Virus record (IMG/VR): IMGVR_UViG_3300035698_035366
Span: 62,001-126,000 of that record
Length of the DNA: 64,000 bases
Reading direction: 5' to 3' (one strand)
In this document: positions 30,683 through 42,797 of the stretch, piece by piece
Position numbering within the stretch: the stretch's first letter is position 1
Layout: the number at the start of each line of letters is the position of its first letter
The notes under the pieces: model-generated
What the model saw: only the letters and a program-made list of their open reading frames with translations
Told to the model about the DNA's origin: nothing
Database searches by the model: none
Program-made: the position numbers and the translations under genes

Positions 30683-30710
30683 TTGACAACCTCCTATTTT
30701 TAAGTATAAT
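30683..30710 (+). promoter_or_regulatory. Sigma70-like early promoter (similar at 32307-32334, 42794-42821, 60060-60087)
   Basis: TTGACA-N16-TATAAT in all four. Confidence 0.75.
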
Positions 30711-30735
30711 AGCAGAATGAACAGGAATATTCAAT

Positions 30736-31520
30736 ATGCCAAGTCTTAATCTATCACTAAAACTGAAAAAGGGCGAAAGCTCTGCTGACGCGATCATGCG
30801 GATGCTCAGCGACATTGGTAAAGAACGAGAACCGTCTGAAGAATTTCCTGGCATTAGTGAAGCAGGTATGGTGACAGAAGACGTTTATACGTCTAAAACT
30901 GATAAGGAAATTAAGGAGTTAGCTCTCGAACTTTATCGTGGAGAGATTTTCACTAGTCTACAGCTTCGGGATCTTGAGAGTGAGCTTTCAATGGTATTCA
31001 TGCCTCTTAGGTTCATGGACGAAATTGCAATCAAAATTCTTGTTGAATCTAAGGTGGGGATGTTTTACGCCAAAATGAATCAAGCCGCTCCCCGTTGCAT
31101 TAATGGACTACCAGTCTTCTTCGGAGTAAGTTATATCAACGAAGATGACACGGATCGATTAATGAAAAAGTATAACAAAGTCATTGAACTTATGGAGGAT
31201 TTGTAATTATGAAAAAATTGATCGATTCGGAGACATTCCGCAATGAGAAGTCTCTTCCCTTCTATTATATAAAGCTCGAGGAGCGGTTATATTCTGGTAT
31301 GAAACGCGATATCGTCGACAAATGGATTGATGAAAACATTTCCGGAGATTGGTGGTATACTGACGGTCTAACCTACGTATTCTCTACTAAGGAAGATTCG
31401 GTTCTTTTTGCATTGCATTACAAATCGGGATTATTTTCGGCTGATAACGGAAACCTTGAATTCATAAGAGACAATTGGCTTGAAGAACTTAGTGAGTCGT
31501 CGGAGGGTTTGGAAGAGTAA
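30736..31520 (+). CDS. Two hypotheticals (30736-31206; 31209-31520, motif family)
   Basis: ORFs after promoter; second has YVFSTKEDSVLFALHY. Confidence 0.6.
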
Positions 31521-31869
31521 TCCTCCGACTTCTTGCCCGAACGATTTTAGCAAGCTTAATTTCTTTCATTTTGGTGTTAGCAACGTAGCGCCATACGGTT
31601 CCATGTTCGTCATCTATTTGGAAAACTGTGTTCCTGATTCCAATAGATATAATGATAGCTTTTTGGTCTTCCAATAAAACATCATCACCGGCTTTGAATT
31701 GCTGGCTTAATTTGAATAATAAGCCAACAACGAAGCTTGTTGCAAGCTCTTTGACAATTAAACTACCGATTAGTGTTATAATCATAGCCATGCCTGCGAT
31801 CTCATTTGGTGTTAAATTTAAGTCTGGCATTCTTTCTCCTCCATATATTATATATTTATCGCTTGACAA
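31489..31869 (-). CDS. Short MscS-like membrane protein
   Basis: TM helix then F..GDDVLL..QKAIIISIGIRNTVF beta-domain pattern. Confidence 0.55.
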   Translation of the reverse strand: MSSDKYIIYGGERMPDLNLTPNEIAGMAMIITLIGSLIVKELATSFVVGLLFKLSQQFKAGDDVLLEDQKAIIISIGIRNTVFQIDDEHGTVWRYVANTKMKEIKLAKIVRARSRRITLPNPPTTH

Positions 31870-31897
31870 TAAAAATTAATGAAAGTATAGTAGTTTT

Positions 31898-32263
31898 ATG
31901 GGTAATCGTCTAACAGCCATGCAATGGTCAAAAATCAAAAAAGATTTTCCGGAAATTGCTAAATCAGCAACAAAGGTTATTCTTGATTTTGAAAGCCGTA
32001 TTTTTAAGATTCATTATCGACGGTTTAAGAAATTGAAAAACAAAACACCGGATGGAAAATCCGGTATAATTAATGACACAATGCTTGAAATTATGGATTG
32101 GTGCGAAGAAGTGTTGGATGGTGACTTTTATATCACTGCCTCATCAAACAGCCCATTAACAAGTGAGCGACGTTCAGCAACCTTTTATTTTGCTGAAGAT
32201 AGTGATGCAACCTTGTTTACACTAACCTGGTTGAATAGTAAGGGTATTGTCGATAGCAAGTAG
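31898..32263 (+). CDS. Hypothetical, motif family
   Basis: FYFAEDSDATLFTLTW. Confidence 0.6.
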   Translation: MGNRLTAMQWSKIKKDFPEIAKSATKVILDFESRIFKIHYRRFKKLKNKTPDGKSGIINDTMLEIMDWCEEVLDGDFYITASSNSPLTSERRSATFYFAEDSDATLFTLTWLNSKGIVDSK

Positions 32264-32364
32264 TATAACCAATTGAAATAAAAAGAAACTATTAGATTCC
32301 CAAAGGTTGACATCGTCCTATTCTGTGTTATAATAATGGTACAACAACGGAAAAGGAATACAAA

Positions 32365-33438
32365 ATGGCTAAAGCTTCCAAGATTTCAACAAAGATTTTG
32401 ATCGAAGAATCGTATGGCAAACTTCCGACGCTCAAGGGCCTCGAAGTTGGTACTTCAGAATATCGTCTCGCTAACGCCCGTATGCTCAATTGGGTTAATG
32501 TGATGTTCGAAACATCGGAACTCAAAAAAATATTTGTTAAGCGCGAAGGTGTGAAGTTTTCCGACGTACCGGATTACGAATTCAAAACCCTTGGAGCACT
32601 GTCCCACTTCCTTGATAACGGCGAAGAACTGTCCGTCGATGCAATGGAATGGTACGACCGGAAGGTTTCAGAAATTGTTGAAAAATACAATTTGAACGAG
32701 GTAGCGGAAGTTGCTTCCACTCCCGTCGTAAATACGAACCTTTTGACCTACTATAATGCCCGAAATTACCTGGCGGACATGGTTGAAGACCGTACCGTCC
32801 GACGCGAAGATGACAACACTGCATACAATTACCTGGTTGAATTGAAAGGCAATAAGTTTGTCTTCAAGAAATTGAAAGATTATGTCGACGAGGTTATTGC
32901 AGAACTGGTTGATGCCCGCAGCGAAGAAACAGCGGAATACTTTGAGAATGTTTCCGACGAGGCTTTGAACGCAGACCTCGAACAGTACAAGATGCTCAAG
33001 GAAATGTTGTTCAGTATCGAAGAAAACACGAAGGCAACTCGACGCAAGCCGCGCAAGCGAGTGAAGTCTGCAGAAAAAATGACCAAGAACGTCAAATTCA
33101 TGCAGAATGATGATAGCCTGAATATTACTAGTATCAATCCAGGGACCATTGTTGGAGCACAGGCGCTCATGGTGTTCAATGTGAAAACCCGCAAATTGGG
33201 AATGTACTACGCAAAGGACGAATCAGGCCTGGCAATGAAGGGCACGACGGTACAGAACTTTTCTGAGAAGAGTACTGCTAAAACGGTCCGCAAACCGAAC
33301 GATGTGTTGCCGCATTTCCGTAAGGGTACACGGATCCGCAGGTGGGAAACATTGTTTAGTGATATCAATGCAAAGTCCCAATCGCTTACTGGTCGGATCA
33401 ACGCTGATACACTGATTGTTAAGGTACTAAGTGTCTAA
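32365..33438 (+). CDS. Hypothetical phage protein
   Basis: 357-aa ORF with promoter and RBS; C-terminal SINP..IVGAQ.L.VFN.K.RKL domain. Confidence 0.7.
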   Translation: MAKASKISTKILIEESYGKLPTLKGLEVGTSEYRLANARMLNWVNVMFETSELKKIFVKREGVKFSDVPDYEFKTLGALSHFLDNGEELSVDAMEWYDRKVSEIVEKYNLNEVAEVASTPVVNTNLLTYYNARNYLADMVEDRTVRREDDNTAYNYLVELKGNKFVFKKLKDYVDEVIAELVDARSEETAEYFENVSDEALNADLEQYKMLKEMLFSIEENTKATRRKPRKRVKSAEKMTKNVKFMQNDDSLNITSINPGTIVGAQALMVFNVKTRKLGMYYAKDESGLAMKGTTVQNFSEKSTAKTVRKPNDVLPHFRKGTRIRRWETLFSDINAKSQSLTGRINADTLIVKVLSV

Positions 33439-34108
33439 CGGTATTGGTATAATCAACGGGGGCGGTCCAATACGGACCGCCCTTAGTAGCTATATAAAAG
33501 TTTATGTCCCAAGGGAACACATAATCGAAACAGTTAACTTTTGTTTTGATAATTTTGAGTTCCAATGCTGGCTTTCAATAGAAGCAAATTTTTATTTCAA
33601 GAACCAAACCGATGCAACATTGTTCAGTTTAACATTTGATACATATTAACTTAATAATTAGAGTTTGAAATGAGAGATACAATGTCTAACATCCAATCCC
33701 CCAAGCTTAAAAATTGGCATCGAGTAGTTGCTAAAAAGGGGAAACAAAAAGACACTGTTCGATTCTGTGAAGAGCATTGTGAAACACGACATCATTGGCA
33801 CAATTCTGGTCGACATTTTTATTTCAAAAATGTTGAAGTTGCGGTTCTATTCAAAATGACCTTTCTTATTGGTGGAGAATAATATGGATATGGGACTTTC
33901 GTTGTGTATGAATGCTGGCGGTGGTGGTGATGATGTCAGGGATGATTGGTATGCATTTCAAGTATCATGTGATATAAGTAAAATGGACGAAATCGATGAA
34001 TATTGCTGGGACGAGTTTGGTCCTAAAGATTGGTTTCGATCAGGAATGTTTTATAATTTCCGTAATAAAGAGGATTCGGTGCAATTCCGTTTGATGTTTG
34101 CAGGCTAA
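33431..34108 (+). CDS. Three small motif-family paralogs (33431-33649, 33670-33882, 33869-34108)
   Basis: FYFKNQTDATLFSLTF, FYFKNVEVAVLFKMTF, YNFRNKEDSVQFRLMF. Confidence 0.65.
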
Positions 34109-34139
34109 ATAGTAGCGACTCATAATTTGGGAGACTACT

Positions 34140-34910
34140 ATGGCTAAAAGTCCACGCACAATACAACAGAAACCAGTTCGAACTGAACTTACAAAACAAC
34201 TCCGTTTGATGCTCGGTGAAGGTATGATTGACATTGAACCAGATCCTGAACATATCAATTTAGCCATTGACCTTTCGTTCGATCAGATCCGCCGCCGCTC
34301 ATCCAATGCAAAAGAAGAAGCTTATGTATTTTTGGAATTACAAGCTGATGTTCAGGAGTACACATTACCGAAAGAGTTCGCTGATGTGCGTGAAGTTTTC
34401 CGTAGGGGAACATCTGGATTGAACACTGGTGGTGGAACGCAAATTGACCCATTCAGCCTAGCGTTTAATAATTTGTATCTATTACGTTCAGGAGATCAGG
34501 GGGGTTTGGCGACGTATCATCTGTTCGCTGATTACCAGGAAACCGTTGGGAGACTGTTTGGGCTGTATATCAATTATACGTATAATCAATCTTCTAGAGT
34601 TCTAACACTTATGCGACGCCCTCGCACCAATGAAACTATTCTTTTATGGGTTTATAAGAATCGTTCAGAAGAAGAATTATGGGAAGATGAATATTTGCGT
34701 CCATGGATCCGAGATTATAGTTTAGCACAGACAAAGCTTATGATGGCTGAAGCCCGTACATTGTTTGCATCTATTCCAGGTCCTGGTGGGGGAACTACAC
34801 TAAACGGTGATACCCTGAAAGCTGACGCCCAACAACGTATCCTAGAACTCGAAGATGAGATTAAAAATCTATTAGATGGATCACAACCGATGTGGTTTTG
34901 TATCCGTTAA
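34140..34910 (+). CDS. Neck protein (gp13-like)
   Basis: LRLMLGEGMIDIE, W.RDY.LA.TKLM..EAR..F.SIPGPGGGTTLNG. Confidence 0.8.
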   Translation: MAKSPRTIQQKPVRTELTKQLRLMLGEGMIDIEPDPEHINLAIDLSFDQIRRRSSNAKEEAYVFLELQADVQEYTLPKEFADVREVFRRGTSGLNTGGGTQIDPFSLAFNNLYLLRSGDQGGLATYHLFADYQETVGRLFGLYINYTYNQSSRVLTLMRRPRTNETILLWVYKNRSEEELWEDEYLRPWIRDYSLAQTKLMMAEARTLFASIPGPGGGTTLNGDTLKADAQQRILELEDEIKNLLDGSQPMWFCIR

Positions 34911-34914
34911 TATA

Positions 34915-35733
34915 TTAATAATTGACTCTTTCATAATCTTCAAACAATTTCTCTTTTGTTTTACCACATTTAGCACCTTTACTGCTATTATCATATCGAG
35001 ATAATATCTGTAAATTTGTATAATGGGAAATAATCTCAGGTGGAATGTCTTGATTGTATCCTTCAGAGATTGAAAATATATGATCGAGATACCATTCATT
35101 GCTCCGTTTATCAGCATTTGGTATATCATGAAAATGTTTATAATACTGTGAATTGGTTAATTCGCATACCGTAGCATTGTATTCGGCTTTTTTCGTATCA
35201 TAATTATACCATTTCCCGCTTTCTTTGTTAACTTGTGATATTTTTTCTATCACTTTTTCAGCTTTGAATGGATTATCAACTCCATATTTTTTCATCCATG
35301 TTTCTTTTCGTTTTTCTTGAACTTCCTTCTTACTAAAAGGAGATGTATATTTTGAATAATCTCGCTCTTTTTGTTTTATCAATTGTTCTTCTCTATCGGG
35401 ATTCTCCTTAGCGTACCAATGCCGTTCGCCCGTCCGTTCTTGATATGTTTGCATACGTAATTTTGTATGTTCGGGATCACGCGCCTTAGCACTATTTGAA
35501 CTGTATTTTGAATAGTGGCTACCCCACCATCTTACCGGAATATTATCTATGGGGCATAACTTGATTTCGTATGATTCATTGAGTATGTGCCAACAGCGTT
35601 GAGCAGGCTTAACATCTTCCGGTAAAAAATTAGTAGCTTGTATAATTTCTTCCCATAATTTGGTCTCCCGTTTTGGAAGACCTCGATAGGTGTAAATTTT
35701 GAGATATTGTTTTAATTGTTCTTTGATAGACAT
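34915..35733 (-). CDS. Putative HNH-type homing endonuclease
   Basis: KKYGVDNP repeat; WYLDHIFSI..NLQIL..DNSSK. Confidence 0.7.
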   Translation of the reverse strand: MSIKEQLKQYLKIYTYRGLPKRETKLWEEIIQATNFLPEDVKPAQRCWHILNESYEIKLCPIDNIPVRWWGSHYSKYSSNSAKARDPEHTKLRMQTYQERTGERHWYAKENPDREEQLIKQKERDYSKYTSPFSKKEVQEKRKETWMKKYGVDNPFKAEKVIEKISQVNKESGKWYNYDTKKAEYNATVCELTNSQYYKHFHDIPNADKRSNEWYLDHIFSISEGYNQDIPPEIISHYTNLQILSRYDNSSKGAKCGKTKEKLFEDYERVNY

Positions 35734-35914
35734 AGTATTTATACCGCTTGTATAGAAAATCGCAAAATAATGTTAATTATTTACCCCTTATATATTTATG
35801 TTACATAAATAAAGATGTAGGTAGTTACTTACAGAAACCGTAGGTTTTGCATTGTTACAAACATTGAAGTAAAAAAAGGGGAGTGCGATAACATCCCCTT
35901 TTAATAAAACTAAA

Positions 35915-35977
35915 TTATACTACTTTTTCAATGATCTTTAAAGCAGCTAGTATAATTTTTAAAATTTGGTTGATCAT
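35915..35977 (-). CDS. 20-aa amphipathic micro-peptide MINQILKIILAALKIIEKVV
   Basis: SD AAGGAGG, upstream TATAAATA and hairpin, downstream terminator 35871-35902. Confidence 0.6.
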   Translation of the reverse strand: MINQILKIILAALKIIEKVV

Positions 35978-36179
35978 ACTTGATCCTCCTTTTAACGCAG
36001 ATTTAGATAGGGTGCTCCAACACCCTATCTAGTGCGCTAATTATTTATATATTAAATTTTGATATATCGATAATATGCTTGTATAATACTTTCTTCGAAG
36101 TTATAAAATAATCCAATTTATCTTGACATTTTATACGCATTCATAGTATTATAATAGCTTAATGAAATGGAGAGTTATT

Positions 36180-36786
36180 ATGGAAATAATTTTAATTGCG
36201 TTAGTTGCCGGTATCGCGGTTGGTTCATTATATCATACCGTCAAGTATTTCGTTAACCGCCCCACGCAGTCAGACACTGACAATTCTTTGTCTCGTCAAG
36301 AAGCAATCTCGCTTTATCACAAAAAATCCCACTAGAGCCCGCTATCTAGTTGCTCGACGTCGACCTGAGCTTTATGTAGATAACGATTCCGACATGTTTG
36401 AAGTCTTCATCCTACTTTATCTCGTGCTCGGCAATGATTTCACGTATATCGATGATTTCGACAATTTCTCTGAACCGCTTAACTACACTGAAACAGAATT
36501 TCTCAAAGATTACGAGGAAAATCTATCGGTTCACCTTGTAGATGATGCGTATACATTACACGCAATGACTGATGTTGTTCGAGAATCCGATGGCTCAACC
36601 TCATCGGCTGATGTAGAAATTGAAGATACGAAATCTTCAACACCGTCGTATGATACACCGGAACCGGAAACCCGCCGCGAACCAACACCATCGTATGAAC
36701 CTTCATCATATGATTCCGGAAGTTCGTCGTATGACAGTGGAAGTAGTTCTTCCGACAGTTCTAGTTCAAGTTCAAGTTCGGATTAA
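36180..36786 (+). CDS. Membrane-anchored protein with Ser-rich tail, split by a frameshift in an A6 run
   Basis: 36180-36335 (TM start) joins the 36205-36786 frame as ..SLYHK-NPTRARY.. Confidence 0.5.
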
Positions 36787-39700
36787 GCTGAAAAGCTTTT
36801 TGTAGTATCGTTACCAGAATAACCATCCTGGGCAGAATTGCTTGGGGTGGTTCTTGCTATTTTAGCGGCCATAGCCTCTTTACCGTATGCAGATCCCAGT
36901 CTTGGATCATTAATTGGATCGCCCTTCTTGATTATGTCTTTATATTTCTTCTTGACCGATCCATCCTTTCGAACCATGCCAAGAGGACCACTGGCACGGG
37001 AAAAAATAAAATCTTTTGGTGGTATTGTTAACGGAGACAAGCGATTATCGGCTGGGTCATCGTCGGAACGGATATCCTTCTTATGATCGTCTTCGTCAAA
37101 TAGTTCATAAAGGCGCATATTATATTACCATCTAGCCTTCGCGCGGACAGATTTTGGCACAATGCGACCGCCTTCTAGACCAAGAACAACTTCAAGACGT
37201 TCTGGTGGACGATTTTCTTCATCATTTGCTCTATACATTTCTCGCCAATCCGGTCCTTGATCAATAGTGTATTCAATTGTGGACTCACCGTGGAATGAAT
37301 CCTTACCACTAAGGCTTCGGAGATTAATACGATCATTGCTCAATGAATACGTAAAACCACCAACGTTGATTTTATCAATATAACCTTTTTCTATAATATA
37401 TGGTAACATTTCTTCAACAGACCCAACCTGCGCTGCTCGACTTGACTTGAATTGATCTAAACGTATTTTAAGCTGCTGGCGCATGCCACGAATATATTCT
37501 TGTGAGGTCATATCAATTGGTTGGTTTGCTTTGCGTTCTTTTCGTTTTTCTAGACGTTCAGTATCAACAGTAAGCAACTGCATTCCAACTTTGCCACCTG
37601 TATCTCTAATTGCTTTTTGTAACAAACGAATAAGCGTCTTGACTTGGTTTTCAGCAGTGTTATGGTCCTTTGGTCGAATATCATAGTTGGTAATTTTTTG
37701 CATAAGTTCTGAATCAGGATACTTCTCAGCCATTACGGTTTCATCCACAGCGTATGATGAACCATATTTTCCAAATTTTGTACTTCGATATGATGGCGTT
37801 GGTTGACCAACAATTATTGCCAATTGATCTTCACCGTCAGTAATTAAAATACCAGCGGCACTACCATCAACCAGTTCTCTATAAGCCTGCGATGCATTCT
37901 TGTATTCACCAATTATTATCTTTGATTGTGGGCCAAGGTGGCTAGGGCCAATACGAGGTGAAGATGAAGACCAACCACTCTTTAATGCTACTTGAAGAGG
38001 AGAGGAAATATTTTCTAAGTTTCCAATATCTTCATTTAATTGTGTGCTACTATTAATGTCAGGAGATGCTATTTCAAGTAATTTCCTCATTCCGCTACGA
38101 TAACCCATTATTATATTCTCCTTGTGTTCACACTTTGTAATTATTTATTCAATACCTTGATGGAATTTCCCAATTCGAGATCTTTTAGCTATACGCTTTA
38201 AATCTTCCCATTCAATGGGTTGTCCATCCAAGGTATATTGGCGAGGGCTACCAATAGCTGTTACTACTCGAGCCTTTCCATTCCTATCAATTAAATTTAC
38301 TTTGGCACCATCATAATACATACCAGCATACATACTGAAATCAACAATGTCACCTTCAACAAGAACGCTTTTCATTCGTTCAAGTATGGATTTCATATCG
38401 CTTCCAGGGTGATCTTCCATATATTCTACCATTGCTTCCGCGGCCCGCTCATAATCACCGCCAGCGTGTTTTAGTTCTTTAACAGAATCAATGATTGTTG
38501 AATCACCTGCACCATGCGGATATTCTTCAGATCCAGCAGCACTCATAATATGACCATACCAATATGAACGAGCACGCTCATAGTGTCCACCATTTTGCTG
38601 TACCAGGTGCAAAGCTTCACGCGCTAGTTCCTGAATCTCTTCGGAAATCTCGTGTAGACGGGCAGAAGCATCATTACCGCCTTCTGTCAATTCAAGTGAC
38701 TCAGATACATTATTGCATTCACAAGGGCAATTCTCATCACCACATTTCCCACCACAATTTCCTCCGCAAAGGCAATCAGGCCCACATCCACAGGATGACT
38801 CAGATGCATTCATTGATTCGAGGATTGTTCTCATATTTTTTGTTCTATTGATATGCATTTTATTCTCCTAGTGGTTTTCCGTTATGCATTAATCTAACTT
38901 TACCCCCGTCATCGTCGTTAATCATTTCAATAGTAACCCCAATGGAAGCTAATCTATCAGCAAGTTCCTCTAAGACGTCGTTGATATCTGTGTCATCACC
39001 CCAGACTTCAAACCATCCCGGTTCATTGTCGTCACCCCACTCATCATCTTGCCAAAGATCGCTTCTGTCAACGATATTGGATTCATTCATTTCTACGGAT
39101 TCGTCGAAACTATCATCTTCCGGAAATGTCATAGATTCTAGAATTGTTCTCATATTTTTTGTTCTATTGATATTCATTTAAATTACCTCTTTAGGTGTTT
39201 GCTTTTGGTTGGGCGGTTCATTACAATCTTACGAGCTTCAGCAATCTGTCGTCCAGCAAGATGGATAAGGCGGTCTAGTTCGGTTTGTGAAGATTCATCT
39301 AAATCTTCATCATCATAATCTACTCCTCCGTAACCGTCCCAGAGAAGTGCATCATCTCGGTCTTGCTTAATTTGGTTTACTACATCCATGGTAATGAGTT
39401 GCATTTCGGATTTGATTCTTTCTGGTACATCACCGCCACCGATTAGTTCATAACCAGAATCGGGATATGCAGTGCCAATTCCGATATCACCTAGAACATT
39501 AATAAAATTAGAGTAGGTTCCTTCGTTATCAAACATACAATATGTCATATAATCACCGACACCGTTTTCAGCATAAACAACTGAATCTTCGTCTTCATAA
39601 ATACCGTCTTTGTCATCGCCGAATGAAACGCTATTATTCTTTACACCCTTGTTCATCTTGAAATTGCGTGGCTTTCTGCCATTCTTTTCCCAACCTGCGT

Positions 39701-41093
39701 CATTTGGTCCTGATCCCATTGTTGAAAGATGATTAGATTCCTTCACTTCTTCTGATTCATCTTCATCTTTATCAACGTCTTGATCTTCAACATTGTCATC
39801 CTTGTTACAGAATGGGCAAGTGCAATCTGGCTTGTGGTTTTTATTTTCAAACATGTTCAATATGCCACGCATATTTTTAGTTCTATTAATAGCCATTGGT
39901 TTTGTTCCTCGATTATCGCTTTCGTATGTGTGTTTTGGGTCTGCACCGTATTCATAGTCTGTGTTTTCTTGTGCCTGATCAACAAACTCTTGTCGATCCC
40001 GGTGATCTTTTAAAAGCATTTTTATGTATGAATCATTTACTTTGGCAACGTTAAAATCATTTGTGGCATAACCAGTTAAACTGTTTGGATCAACTACATA
40101 TTTTCCATTGACTTTGTTAGCTTTGTAGTGCAAATAACCAGATGCCATTTCACCATCATCTCCTGGCCATTCAATTTCCATCTCACAATCAATAACATCT
40201 GAATCATCTTCACTCATTTGAAGTTGTGTGCGACCATAAGCCGCCGCAGCATTAGCATGACTTGCTGCACTTGGGCGAATTGGGTCGTTAGTGAGGGAGT
40301 TTTCGTTACCATCAATCACTGCACGCACTGCACTAGTTGTCATGCCAAGACTGGCGGCAATCATTGACGGTTTCATACCATCGTCGTGCATGTCCATAAT
40401 ATCGTCGTAATTTTCAGTAACTTTCTTCTTATCGCCTCTCCAACCCTTTAAAAGAGAATGAATAGCTTTGCCTTCTTTACCTTTAATTCGTTTATCTTTT
40501 TTGATTTCTTTTTCAACGGAATCTTCGTTGTATTCAGGTTCTTCGTAAACTTCCCAATCTTCTTGCATTATACCAGAACCGGATAATGCAAAGTCGAGTT
40601 CTTCTTTAGCCATACGTTGTAGATGACCAAACTTGGGGGAACGACACCATGATTCATTTAAAATATCTAGAAGATCTGAATACTTTACAAAATCGGGATA
40701 AGATTGTGATACTCTGTCAGAAATTCTATTTAGAAATTTACCAAGTTCTGGATCAACGTCACTAATTTCTTCAGCAGATGACTTCAACGCTTTAATAACA
40801 ATATCGCTATCCCAATCATTGTTTGAATTTTCTGTTAAATCTTCTTGCATCTCCACTTCTTCATATGGATCAATACCATAATTATCTCGACAATATTCAG
40901 CGGTTGTTTCGGGATCAAGATCGTATTCCATACAAATCATTTCCCAGTCATCTCGGTTATTTAGGAGTTCTTGACAAGCAGAATCACGTGGATCATCATC
41001 TACTGGATTTGAATAATCAACTCGGAGTGGTTCATCCGAATTGAAAGCTTCTAAAAGCTTACGCATATTCTGGACTTTGTTAATTCTAGACAT
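36783..41093 (-). CDS. Five probable internal head proteins (36783-37118, 37125-38108, 38145-38858, 38860-39177, 39183-41093)
   Basis: Acidic; N-termini MRLYELFDE, MRKLLE, INRTKNMRTILE x2, INKVQNMRKLLE. Confidence 0.55.
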
Positions 41094-41144
41094 ACTGGTT
41101 CCTCTAAGTACAAATGTTCTATTGTATTTAGTTAACCAGTGATT

Positions 41145-41564
41145 TTATTTTTCATTAACCATGTAATGTAGAGCGTAATTGTCTTCACCAACGCGGATAA
41201 TTTCAGGTTTTTCTGAAATTTCCATACCATACGCATCAATAATAGCATGAACATCTTCATTGAGGCTTTTAACTAATTCTTTATCATCCACTTCAGCCCT
41301 ACTCAAATGGATAACAATCGCTGATGAATCATCATCTCGGCAGATTTGACTATCATCGTCGAAAACAAAATAGTGTAGGGCGCAATCCTGATCCGTTATT
41401 GCGGATAAACCATGGTCAGTAATGGACTTTTCAGTTGCTATGTAACTAACGACATCAACACCAGTTTTCGCTTTTAGTGCAAACGCCAGAATGGCTGGAA
41501 TTTCAACCCCACCGCAACCTGAAAGCATAAAACTAAAGATAAGTAGAAATAATATTTTTTTCAT
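41145..41564 (-). CDS. Lipoprotein
   Basis: MKKILFLLIFSFMLSGC lipobox. Confidence 0.7.
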   Translation of the reverse strand: MKKILFLLIFSFMLSGCGGVEIPAILAFALKAKTGVDVVSYIATEKSITDHGLSAITDQDCALHYFVFDDDSQICRDDDSSAIVIHLSRAEVDDKELVKSLNEDVHAIIDAYGMEISEKPEIIRVGEDNYALHYMVNEK

Positions 41565-41771
41565 AATAATCTTTCAAAAGGATAAAATTTATTGTACACA
41601 TTTTTATATAAAATTGCAATGAAAATATCGATATACTATAATTAGTATAAATATTATGGACAGATGAATCAAAGAGTTAGAACACTCTTCCACCCACAGG
41701 GGAAATATAAAGCAGACTCTGTTTTCCCGAAGAATTGTGGTAAGACCTGCTAGGAAACTAGGAGTTTAACG

Positions 41772-42797
41772 ATGAATCTATATGAGGAGATTAATATTGC
41801 TGGCTACGAACGAGTAGTAAAATGCACGAATGATATAACCGGGCTTCATTCCTGGATTGTCGTCCATAATACGAGCAGGGGACCATCTCTTGGTGGTTGC
41901 CGAATGTGGAATTATGCAACGGAAAAAGATGCACTTCAAGACTGCTTAAACCTCGCAAAGGGAATGACCTACAAATCAGCAATAAGTAATTTGCCACTGG
42001 GCGGTGGAAAAGCCGTAATTTGGGGAGATAAACGACATAAAACTAGAGATTTACTTTTATCAATGGCTGAGTTTGTAAATTATCTTGATGGAAAATATAT
42101 CATCGCAGAAGATGTTGGTACAACAATTGACGATATGCTTATTATGCAGGAACTTGGAAAAGCCAATATTGTAAATTGTGATTGTGGTGATCCTGGACCT
42201 TATACGGCCTGGGGTGTTGTATCTGGTATCAAAGCTTGTTTAGATTTTAAACACGGGTCACCTGATCCAACCAATCGTTCATTTATGATACAAGGTATTG
42301 GTTCAGTTGGAAATGGTGTTGCGAATCATTTAAGTGAAGATAATGTTGATTTGTATATCAGCGATATTAATGAAGAAGCACTTCTTAGAGTAGCCACTGA
42401 AACGGGAGCAACTATCGTATCAAACGATGAAATTTATGCAAAAGATGTCGATGTTTATGTTCCTTGTGCTCTTGGTCAAACTATAAATGAAGAATGTTTA
42501 ACAACGCTTAAAGCACCAATAATTGCTGGCTCAGCTAATAACCAACTGGCCGCCTCTGAATACGGAGATCATCTTTTCCATAAGGGTATTTTGTATGCCC
42601 CTGATTATGTGATTAACGCCGGTGGCATCATCTTGGCGTGCGAGGCCACACGATCCGATGGCAATGAGCAGAAGATTATGGAAGCTATTTCCAAAATTGG
42701 GCCAACGTTAATTGAGGTATTTGAAAGAAGTAGAGATGAAAAGCTGCCAACTAATGTCATAGCTGACAGAATGGCAGAAGAACGATTTAAAGGTTGA
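41772..42797 (+). CDS. Leu/Phe/Val dehydrogenase
   Basis: GPSLGGCRM, LAKGMTYK, LGGGKAVI, AEDVGT, QGIGSVG, PCALG, GSANNQL, PDYVINAGG. Confidence 0.92.
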   Translation: MNLYEEINIAGYERVVKCTNDITGLHSWIVVHNTSRGPSLGGCRMWNYATEKDALQDCLNLAKGMTYKSAISNLPLGGGKAVIWGDKRHKTRDLLLSMAEFVNYLDGKYIIAEDVGTTIDDMLIMQELGKANIVNCDCGDPGPYTAWGVVSGIKACLDFKHGSPDPTNRSFMIQGIGSVGNGVANHLSEDNVDLYISDINEEALLRVATETGATIVSNDEIYAKDVDVYVPCALGQTINEECLTTLKAPIIAGSANNQLAASEYGDHLFHKGILYAPDYVINAGGIILACEATRSDGNEQKIMEAISKIGPTLIEVFERSRDEKLPTNVIADRMAEERFKG

